Shown: positions 42,929-50,197 of the stretch, piece after piece
Numbering within the stretch: position 1 is the first letter of the stretch
Layout of the letters: each line of letters begins with the position of its first letter
Assembly (NCBI GenBank): GCA_016202305.1
Contig: JACQPB010000025.1
Span: 1 to 60,727 of the forward strand
Length of the DNA stretch: 60,727 nucleotides
Source of the DNA: Candidatus Iainarchaeum sp.
GTDB taxonomy: Archaea; Iainarchaeota; Iainarchaeia; Iainarchaeales; Iainarchaeaceae
Reading direction: 5' to 3'
Made by a program: the position numbers and the translations under genes
The notes under the pieces: model-generated
The model's input: the letters and a program-made list of their open reading frames with translations, nothing else
Database searches by the model: none
Told to the model about the DNA's origin: nothing

Positions 42929-42949
42929 GCTTTACATTAGATGTAAAGC
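42929..42949. promoter_or_regulatory. Operator-like dyad GCTTTACA-N5-TGTAAAGC (copy 1)
   Basis: GCTTTACAttagaTGTAAAGC lies between two TTTAAAT-type boxes, 20 nt upstream of the 42909 start. Confidence 0.6.
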
Positions 42950-43099
42950 ATTGTTTATTTAAACCTATGCGCCTGGCCACCAAATGGGTTTGGTCAAAAA
43001 CCAGCGTTTAAAACCACCCTCATCGAATTTTAGGTCAAAATCGTTAGCAGTTACGCTAAACACGTACATTAAAAACAACCTCACTATATAGAAATAATA

Positions 43100-43660
43100 A
43101 TGGGACTAAAAGATTTACCGACTTGGGCTAAATTTTCTTTGATTATACTTTTACTTATCTTGGTTTCAACCCTTGTCTTATTTTTGCTTTCCAAACAGAT
43201 AGAAAATGAGACTCCGCTTAGTCTTTCTGGTTCTGTTTATCTTAATACAGGCGCTAAAACTGGGGCTGTTGTTTTTTATGACAGCAAAGGACAACAAGTA
43301 TGGGATTGGGTGCAAGGCTCTCTTGCAAAAGATGCAGGGGGCAATAAAACATTTGTGAGTATTATTCTTGAATATACCCGCCCTCCATCTGAGACTGGTT
43401 ACTATATACCCGACGGCACGATTTATACTGCAAATATATACAATGGCACTTGTAAGGAAAAAGGCGACATCAAGTTTTTCCTGCCGAAGGTAAAAAGATA
43501 CACTCCAGGAAAAGGTTCTGTAACCTCTGTTAATGCCGACCTTTTTGAATTAGATGGCCCCATGTCAATTAAATTGTATAACTCATCAAACTTTGTAGAT
43601 GATGTTCTGGTGAGATATGCAAATGGCTTCGTAACGCCTATTGCTTGTGCTGATTTATAA
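43100..43660 (+). CDS. Membrane-anchored hypothetical protein
   Basis: 186 aa in an AT-rich block, with an N-terminal TM. Confidence 0.45.
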   Translation: MGLKDLPTWAKFSLIILLLILVSTLVLFLLSKQIENETPLSLSGSVYLNTGAKTGAVVFYDSKGQQVWDWVQGSLAKDAGGNKTFVSIILEYTRPPSETGYYIPDGTIYTANIYNGTCKEKGDIKFFLPKVKRYTPGKGSVTSVNADLFELDGPMSIKLYNSSNFVDDVLVRYANGFVTPIACADL

Positions 43661-43921
43661 CCGTGTAATCTACCTTGAGCAGTCAAGTATACTTTTTGCT
43701 AAAGTTTTGCAGTTTTTTGTCGCCCAAAAATTCGAGTTTTGCGTTTATTGGCTGATTTAAGGGCTTTAAAGCCATTTAACCAAAATTCCAAACCCCCTCA
43801 AAAACAGAACGATTTTTACAGGAAACCGCAAAAGTTCAGTTTTTGAACAAAAGCCCATGTTCAGAACTTTTTAAACAAGCCCCCATGGGCCGCATACTTT
43901 ATTAAATCATTATATTCTAAT

Positions 43922-44248
43922 GTGGTTATGAAAGAAATTTATAGGCTTCATGCCGAAATGTGCAAGGCTTTTTCCAGCCCGGCAAGGATTGAAATATTGG
44001 ATTGCATAGGCCTAGGAGGGCTTACTGTCATGGGGATAGTGAAAAGGACTGGTCTTGGGCAGGCCAACGTTTCGCAGCATTTGGCAATCATGAAGTATAA
44101 TGGCGTTGTCAAATCCAAAAGGAAGGGCAGGAACGTGATTTATAGCGTGGCGAGCCCGAAGATAACAAAGGCATTCAGTATCATACGCCAGGCCCTGAAG
44201 GAAAAGCTGAGGAAAAACAGGTCGCTGGAAGCGGCAATGGAGGCGTGA
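43922..44248 (+). CDS. ArsR/SmtB-family metalloregulator
   Basis: 'FSSPARIEILDCI' and 'GQANVSQHLAIMKYNGVV' wHTH. ATG at 43928 is also possible. Confidence 0.8.
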   Translation: MVMKEIYRLHAEMCKAFSSPARIEILDCIGLGGLTVMGIVKRTGLGQANVSQHLAIMKYNGVVKSKRKGRNVIYSVASPKITKAFSIIRQALKEKLRKNRSLEAAMEA

Positions 44249-44742
44249 AGATGAGGAAAATACTGTTAATCGCAATAACCTTGATTATAGCCAGCTTGGT
44301 TTTAGCCGATGAAGGCATTGATAATGGCAGGGCCCTTGTAGGCTCAAAAGTCAGTTGCGATAAACTAACCGATGTGCAACTCGAAGATATAGGGGATTAT
44401 TACATGGAGCAGATGCACCCTGGGCAAGCGCATGAGCTGATGGATGGGATGATGGGCGGGGAAGGTTCTGAAACGCTAAAGCAGGTCCATATCAATATGG
44501 CAAAAAGGCTTTACTGCAACCAGGACATCTATGTCGGTTATGGGATGATGCAAGGCAGCATGATGGGCGGCAACATGATGAATTGGCAGGGAAAACAGTA
44601 CTGGCAGGGGATGATGGGCAACTACCCGCTTCTTGGGGCGCCACTCCTCGATGCCCTTGCAGCCATATTGCTGATAGGGCTCATTATTCTTGTTTACCTT
44701 AGAATCTGGGGAAAAGTGAAGCAAGGGGGCGGGGCAAAATGA
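44245..44742 (+). CDS. Met-rich secreted / C-terminally anchored protein
   Basis: 165 aa with 'MDGMMGGEGS' and 'GYGMMQGSMMGGNMMNWQGKQYWQGMMGN', and a C-terminal TM. Confidence 0.5.
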   Translation: MKMRKILLIAITLIIASLVLADEGIDNGRALVGSKVSCDKLTDVQLEDIGDYYMEQMHPGQAHELMDGMMGGEGSETLKQVHINMAKRLYCNQDIYVGYGMMQGSMMGGNMMNWQGKQYWQGMMGNYPLLGAPLLDALAAILLIGLIILVYLRIWGKVKQGGGAK

Positions 44743-45134
44743 ACGCAGCGGATTTCATGCATGTTGCACAAACCACCAAAGCATTTGATGATGCGGTTGT
44801 TTCAGTGCTGAAGGCAGTGGAGAAAAAAGGGTGGGCTTTATTCGGGGTATATGACGTGAAAGAGCGCTTGGCGGCAAAAGGCTTTGCCCAGCAGCCGCTC
44901 AAAATAATCGAAATCTGCTCCGCAAGGCATGCGAACGGCTTCCTTGGCAAAAACCGGCTTTCCTCTCTTTGCATGCCATGCAGAATAAACGTGCTGCAGG
45001 AAAACCATGCAGTAAAAATCGTTGCAATGAGGCCCGCAATGGTTTCAGCCTTTTTCCCCGAAATAGGGGAAAGCGGGTCCGCGGAAGCTGAAAAAGACAT
45101 AAAGGAAATAATTACCGGGGTGGCAAAGTCATGA
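44739..45134 (+). CDS. DUF302-family protein
   Basis: 131 aa with 'KIIEICSARHANGFL' and 'LCMPCRINVLQENHAVKIVAMRP'. Confidence 0.65.
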   Translation: MNAADFMHVAQTTKAFDDAVVSVLKAVEKKGWALFGVYDVKERLAAKGFAQQPLKIIEICSARHANGFLGKNRLSSLCMPCRINVLQENHAVKIVAMRPAMVSAFFPEIGESGSAEAEKDIKEIITGVAKS

Positions 45135-45454
45135 AACTTGCAATCATACTCAACACAAATGAAGCAGAATCCGTGTGGAATGCCTTCAGGCTGGGAGTCA
45201 CGGCGCTGGGAAAAAAGAACTCCGTAAAAATATTTCTTCTAGGCAAGGGCGTGGAATGCCAAAACACTCAGGGTAAAGCCTTTGACGTGAAGAAAATGAT
45301 GGGTGCATTCGCCAAAATGGGTGGCACAATATTAGCCTGCGGAACGTGCCTCAAAACAAGAGGACAAAAAACCCCTGCCGCGTGCAGCGTGTCCACAATG
45401 GAAGAACTGCTACAAGCAATCGAATGGGCGGATAAAATAATAACTCTAGGGTAA
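45131..45454 (+). CDS. DsrE/DsrF-like sulfur-relay family protein
   Basis: 107 aa with 'MKLAIILNTNEAESVWNAFRLG' and 'GGTILACGTCLKTRG'. Confidence 0.55.
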   Translation: MKLAIILNTNEAESVWNAFRLGVTALGKKNSVKIFLLGKGVECQNTQGKAFDVKKMMGAFAKMGGTILACGTCLKTRGQKTPAACSVSTMEELLQAIEWADKIITLG

Positions 45455-45532
45455 AGCTGCCCGAGCATCGTGGCCTGAAGGCCACGGGGTTTCACAAGCT
45501 GCCGTCAACGGAAAAAGGCCACACTCATTAAC

Positions 45533-45561
45533 CTCGCCATTCATGGCGAGGGGTCATTTTT
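45533..45561 (+). terminator. Hairpin + T-run downstream of the arsR operon
   Basis: CCTCGCCAT-tc-ATGGCGAGG followed by ggtcATTTTT. A second hairpin, CGTGGCC-tgaa-GGCCACG, lies at 45469-45486. Confidence 0.35.
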
Positions 45562-45581
45562 GGGTTGCTGAAAGCCAAGGG

Positions 45582-45728
45582 TCAGTCTTTGAGTGCGTGC
45601 CTGATTATTTCCAGGTTGCATGAATTGTTCTTGGTGCACCATGCCTGGCATTTTTCCGCAATCGCTTTATTCGGATACTTCAGGCCGCAGGCTTCGCACT
45701 GAAAATTCTTGCCAATCCGTTTGACCAT
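45582..45728 (-). CDS. 48-aa zinc-ribbon-like mini-protein
   Basis: Below the track cutoff. MVKRIGKNFQCEACGLKYPNKAIAEKCQAWCTKNNSCNLEIIRHALKD. Lies directly downstream of the M56 peptidase gene. Confidence 0.35.
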   Translation of the reverse strand: MVKRIGKNFQCEACGLKYPNKAIAEKCQAWCTKNNSCNLEIIRHALKD

Positions 45729-45738
45729 AAAAAACAAC

Positions 45739-46449
45739 CTAGAGCTTGCTTCTTATTTTCTTTATGTCAAGGCCCTCTCTCATCAGCTCGTTGTCGAGGC
45801 GCATTTCCTCGATGGTGTCCAGCTCTTCCAACTGCACCGGCAACAGGCCGAAAAAGCCGGCCCTTATGGAGTGGAGGAACCTTTTCGCGCTGAAAAAGCC
45901 GCTCTTGAGGTGGAGCAGCTCATGCATAAGGACAATCCGGATTTCATCGTTGCCGAAGTTTTCAATCATGCCGGTTGAAATGAAAATTGTTTTCCTAAGC
46001 GCTGAAACGACGAATGCTGATTTGTTTGCGTCCTCGAAAAGATAGAGTCCGGGGGCTTTTATTCCAAGCTTTGCGGCTTCTTCTGAGAGCATTCTCTCGA
46101 TTTTTTTGTCAACGTGCCTGCGCAGACCTATTTGCGCTATGAATGGGGTGAATATGTATGATGTGGCGAAAAATACGAGTATGAGGAATAGGATGATTGT
46201 GTGGGCCGCATTGAACACCCCTCCATCATGGCCCCCTGAGGAAATGTAAAGTGTTATGAGGAAGGAGAAAATGCTTGTGAGCAGGACCGCTTTGAGGAGC
46301 AGGTTCCATTTCATCGATATTTTCCTGTGGAAGAAAATGAGTGCTATCGCGCTCAGGGCAATGGCAGCAATGAGGGCGTAGTTTAAGTATGCTATCGGGG
46401 TTCCCTGCGCTATGACGCAATTGTTGATGCACGCCATTTCGGAAACCAA
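45739..46449 (-). CDS. BlaR1-like M56 family membrane metalloprotease without sensor domain
   Basis: 236 aa. 3-4 N-terminal TMs and a 'RIVLMHELLHLKSGFF' HExxH motif. Adjacent to the BlaI-like gene. Confidence 0.7.
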   Translation of the reverse strand: MVSEMACINNCVIAQGTPIAYLNYALIAAIALSAIALIFFHRKISMKWNLLLKAVLLTSIFSFLITLYISSGGHDGGVFNAAHTIILFLILVFFATSYIFTPFIAQIGLRRHVDKKIERMLSEEAAKLGIKAPGLYLFEDANKSAFVVSALRKTIFISTGMIENFGNDEIRIVLMHELLHLKSGFFSAKRFLHSIRAGFFGLLPVQLEELDTIEEMRLDNELMREGLDIKKIRSKL

Positions 46450-46462
46450 TCACAAGACCCCG

Positions 46463-46825
46463 TTACAGGTTTTTCCTCAGGTAAGCAATTGAAGGCTCGC
46501 CGAAGGTGCCTTTGAGGAAATCGAGGAACTTCTTTGAAATCCTGTTGGCGAGCTCGTCTCTCGTGATTTTTGCGCCATACCTGTACTTGAGTCCGCCTTT
46601 CCCCTTTTCTATGTCCCTTTCCACGAGGCCGCGGGAGTACATCCTGTCCAGAGTGACAGAGATTGTAGTATATGCAACCTTGTTCTTTTTCTTTACAAAA
46701 TCGTACACGTGCCTGCATGTCTTCTTTTCTTTCCCGTTCCACATGCACTCCAGTATGTCGGCTTCTAGCCCGCCCACTATGGAGTTGAGGCCCTTCTTGT
46801 CGAAGTTTATTTTTGATAGCTCCAT
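46463..46825 (-). CDS. BlaI/MecI/CopY-family transcriptional repressor
   Basis: 120 aa with 'LEADILECMW...VAYTTISVTLDRMYSRGLVERDIEKGKGGLKYRY'. Confidence 0.8.
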   Translation of the reverse strand: MELSKINFDKKGLNSIVGGLEADILECMWNGKEKKTCRHVYDFVKKKNKVAYTTISVTLDRMYSRGLVERDIEKGKGGLKYRYGAKITRDELANRISKKFLDFLKGTFGEPSIAYLRKNL

Positions 46826-46926
46826 GAAACCACTTGCCGCCCTCTATTACTACATTACTGCACTTCTATGATTATCCCTCTTGTGAGGATAAATAGAACT
46901 CGCCACAATACATTTAAAAATGTAAT

Positions 46927-46947
46927 GCTTTACACTAATTGTAAAGC
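46927..46947. promoter_or_regulatory. Operator-like dyad GCTTTACA-N5-TGTAAAGC (copy 2)
   Basis: GCTTTACActaatTGTAAAGC lies just downstream of a TTTAAAAA box, between the divergent blaI-like gene and the 46972 ORF. Confidence 0.6.
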
Positions 46948-46971
46948 TTTAGGTTTTTTTGAAGGGACTGT

Positions 46972-47859
46972 ATGGCAATCAGACAAAAACACGATGCGGG
47001 AGAGGATACGCCTAAGGGCATTCCGGAGCCAAGCTGGCAAAATACCGCCCAAAAAGAAAGCTCCCCGAAAATAATGCTGGCACTGGTATCTCTTCTTGCG
47101 CTTACTGTGCTGGTCCAGGCATTCAACTTCACGGAGCAGGGCCAAATCAACTCGCAACTGGAAAGGCAATGGGGGCTCTTTTCCCCGAACGGTGGAGGGG
47201 GCGTCACAGGTGCAATTGACATGTCGGGCTGGACAGAGAATGATAAAATGAATTATGAAATGCACGGGGTAATCCCGGCGCAGGCTGCGGGAAGCACGGT
47301 CAATCCTGGCGCCAACGCTTCTTCGGCGGTGGCTGGCTTTATAGATGTCTCCCCGAAAGGAATCCCGAGGATTTATGGCGCTGAGCTTGGCGTGAGCTTT
47401 GATGACGTTTCTCCAAGCGACCCGCGGAAGGCTGATGAAACGATAGCGCTCCTGAGCCAGTTTGACAAGGAAAACAGCGGGAAATTCATAGAATTGGAGG
47501 GTGAAAAACTCCAGCGTTACATAAAAATATCCTCGCAGATTTCATGCGAGTATTGCTGCGGTGCGGAAAGCATAATCTTCCCGAATGGCCAGGCCGCGTG
47601 TGGGTGCGCGCACAGCTATTCAATGAGGGGGCTCGCAAAATACCTGCTTGACAGGCATGCTGGCGAGTTCACGGACGACCAGATTCTTGAGGAAATGGGG
47701 AAATGGAAAACGCTGTATTTCCCCGGAGCGCTCTCGCAAAAGGCACAGGTGCTCAAGGGCAAGGGAATAGAGCTAAATTACATTAACCTTGCCTCGAACA
47801 AGTACAGGGGGATAGAAAAAGGCGCGGTAGGCGGTGGTGCGATGGTTGGAGGCTGTTGA
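46972..47859 (+). CDS. Membrane-anchored Cys-motif protein ending in MVGGC
   Basis: 295 aa. One TM, 'SCEYCCGAESIIFPNGQAACGCAHSYSMRGLA', and C-terminus 'GAVGGGAMVGGC*'. Confidence 0.55.
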   Translation: MAIRQKHDAGEDTPKGIPEPSWQNTAQKESSPKIMLALVSLLALTVLVQAFNFTEQGQINSQLERQWGLFSPNGGGGVTGAIDMSGWTENDKMNYEMHGVIPAQAAGSTVNPGANASSAVAGFIDVSPKGIPRIYGAELGVSFDDVSPSDPRKADETIALLSQFDKENSGKFIELEGEKLQRYIKISSQISCEYCCGAESIIFPNGQAACGCAHSYSMRGLAKYLLDRHAGEFTDDQILEEMGKWKTLYFPGALSQKAQVLKGKGIELNYINLASNKYRGIEKGAVGGGAMVGGC

Positions 47860-47909
47860 AGTGAACAAAAAAGGTTTTCGCGTATGGTAGACCAAAAGGA
47901 GGTCGGAAC

Positions 47910-48155
47910 TTGACGTCAACAATTGAGTATCTAGCGTTAGGGGCTGTGGCAGTGGTTCTTCTCGTTTCCATTGTCCAGTCAGTGCAGCTTTCGGGGCTGA
48001 ACGAGAAGGTGGGCCAGCAGAACACCCTCATGGTTTCGCTCGTATCCAGCGGAAGCACGGGGGGCATTGCCTCACAGGCAGGTGCGCCAGCGCAGAACCC
48101 TGTGCCAACACAGACAAACCAGGCGCCCAGCCAGCAAATGGTTGGTGGGTGCTGA
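47910..48155 (+). CDS. Small membrane-anchored protein ending in MVGGC
   Basis: 81 aa. One TM and C-terminus 'NQAPSQQMVGGC*'. Confidence 0.5.
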   Translation: MTSTIEYLALGAVAVVLLVSIVQSVQLSGLNEKVGQQNTLMVSLVSSGSTGGIASQAGAPAQNPVPTQTNQAPSQQMVGGC

Positions 48156-48176
48156 CTAAAATGGGCCGGGGTCACG

Positions 48177-49145
48177 ATGGCGGCCAAGTTAATCCTCGGA
48201 TTGTTTTTGGCGGCCATGGTGGCTTTAGGGGGGTGCCTTGGGCAGGCAGAGAAGAAAGCCGGGCAATGCACTCTAGAAGGGTGCACAATGGACGTGAATG
48301 ACGAAAATTCCGTTCAGGGCGCCAACAATGCCATCGCTGCGAAAGGGCAAGAGCGCAATATTGTGGCGGAAAAAAGCCACGATGAGCTGCTGCAGGAAAA
48401 AGTGGCTCCAAGCAAAGGAGTTGTATTGCCTGTAAAGTGGGGCGATGTCCTTGTAAAAGCCGTGGAAGCGGGGGCAATAGACCTTAACACATACAATGCA
48501 TTGCTTGCACGCAACAGAACAAAGTTCACTCCAGAGCACGAGAAGCTTCTTTTGGAGGGGAGCGATGAGAATATTTCCTTTACTCCTGAAAATGCCTACT
48601 TTAACCTCACAATGCTCTGGGCTTTGGGCCTGGTGAACGATAACCCGATTCTCACCAAAGGAAAAATATCCGAATACGGCGAGCAGAAAGCCTATTTCGC
48701 CTCTACTGGGGGATGGGGCCTTGGCAGGAGAACAGGCGGAGAGCTGCTCGCAAGCGCAAAAATAATCATTTTCACTCCAGAACAGCAAAAAATTGTCGAG
48801 GAAGTAGCGGCCAACACTTACAGGCCGTGCTGCAGCAACCCGACAGGCTTCCCTGATTGCAACCATGGCATGGCGGCCCTCGCGCTTGCCGAGCTCATGG
48901 CCTCGCAGGGAGCCACAATGGAACAGATTTATGAGGCATTGCTTGTCGCCAATTCTTACTGGTTCACCCAGAACTACGTGAGCATCGCGCAGTACCTTGA
49001 GGAGAACGGAAAGGATTTCAGCAGCATTGATTCAAAAGAACTTTTGGGTTATGATTACTCCAGCCAGAATGGGTTTGGCAGGATTGGCAATTCATTAAAG
49101 AACATTCCAAAGGTAAATGTGAAGGGAAGCACATGCGCAAACTGA
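48177..49145 (+). CDS. Lipobox protein with CC...C.H motif
   Basis: 322 aa. 'MVALGGCLGQ' signal and 'YRPCCSNPTGFPDCNHGMAALALAEL', related to the motif in the 46972 ORF. Confidence 0.55.
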   Translation: MAAKLILGLFLAAMVALGGCLGQAEKKAGQCTLEGCTMDVNDENSVQGANNAIAAKGQERNIVAEKSHDELLQEKVAPSKGVVLPVKWGDVLVKAVEAGAIDLNTYNALLARNRTKFTPEHEKLLLEGSDENISFTPENAYFNLTMLWALGLVNDNPILTKGKISEYGEQKAYFASTGGWGLGRRTGGELLASAKIIIFTPEQQKIVEEVAANTYRPCCSNPTGFPDCNHGMAALALAELMASQGATMEQIYEALLVANSYWFTQNYVSIAQYLEENGKDFSSIDSKELLGYDYSSQNGFGRIGNSLKNIPKVNVKGSTCAN

Positions 49146-49465
49146 AACAACCGAAAACTATGCCGAATTTTAATGAGCCTGCAGGAAGCAAAAACACGGC
49201 AAACAAAATCGCGGTTATCTCCCTCACGCTCCTCCTGGCCTCGGTGGTAATATTCCTGGCCACCAGCCTCAGCCTGACTCACAGCATAATGCAATACCAG
49301 CAGAAGGCATACCCGCCGTACATGGAAGCACTTGTAAATTACCATGTTGCGTTCATGATTATTCTGGTGGTTGCCGCAATAATATTCGGGGGAACCGCTT
49401 ACCATGTTTTGAAGGAGAATGCCGGCCAGTGTGATGATGAAAAGCTTGTTGAGAACAATGTATGA
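49133..49465 (+). CDS. Two-TM hypothetical protein
   Basis: 110 aa, overlaps the upstream gene by 13 nt. Confidence 0.4.
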   Translation: MRKLKQPKTMPNFNEPAGSKNTANKIAVISLTLLLASVVIFLATSLSLTHSIMQYQQKAYPPYMEALVNYHVAFMIILVVAAIIFGGTAYHVLKENAGQCDDEKLVENNV

Positions 49466-49480
49466 ACAGACGGTAATCAC

Positions 49481-50044
49481 ATGAATAAGCCGTTTTTGTA
49501 TGGCCTGACCGCCTCAACAGTCATGTTTGTCTTCTATTTCGGGGTGCTTTCGCTTGCGAATTCGCCGAGGCATGCTCTTGAGCAGCTGCAGTGGTACTGG
49601 TACATGATTTTTCCGCTCATGATTCTTATAGGGGCGCAGGTTGGATTGTACAAGCATATCACGGACAGCATTTCAGCGGAAAACTTTTCCGCCGCAAAAG
49701 GTAGCGTGGCCGCAAGCGGGGGCATATCAAGCGGGGCGATGGTCGCGTGCTGCGTGCACCACATTGCGGACATCTTTCCGCTCCTCGGCCTCACCGTCGC
49801 AGCGGCTTTTTTCTCCCAGTACCAGAGCGCTTTCATGGTGCTTGGAATTGCTTCAGGAGTAGTAGGGGTGCTTTACATGCTCGAGGCAATGAAGAAAAAC
49901 AACGCGGCTTTCGGGCCAGCCAGACCATTGATTGGCCTTGACTTCATAATGCTCAGGAAAACGGCCATGATTATAGGCGTAATAGTGGTTGGATTCGCGT
50001 TCCTTTCAAGTCAAAGTTTGCCGGTGCTGTTAGTGGCAGGATGA
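49481..50044 (+). CDS. Polytopic membrane protein with 'ACCVHH' motif
   Basis: 187 aa, 5-6 TMs, with 'SGAMVACCVHHIADIFPLLG'. Confidence 0.5.
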   Translation: MNKPFLYGLTASTVMFVFYFGVLSLANSPRHALEQLQWYWYMIFPLMILIGAQVGLYKHITDSISAENFSAAKGSVAASGGISSGAMVACCVHHIADIFPLLGLTVAAAFFSQYQSAFMVLGIASGVVGVLYMLEAMKKNNAAFGPARPLIGLDFIMLRKTAMIIGVIVVGFAFLSSQSLPVLLVAG

Positions 50045-50197
50045 ACTCTTCCTGTTGCCCTCTTTGTCGTGGCCTGAATGGTCGCCAGTTTCTTTCTCTT
50101 CCTTTTCATAAATGGCTAAGCAGTGAATGCCTTGGCCGATTCGCCCTTTGCCTGCAACTTGCGGTTCGTGTTTTTTCCGCTTTCCCGGAGTTGATGC

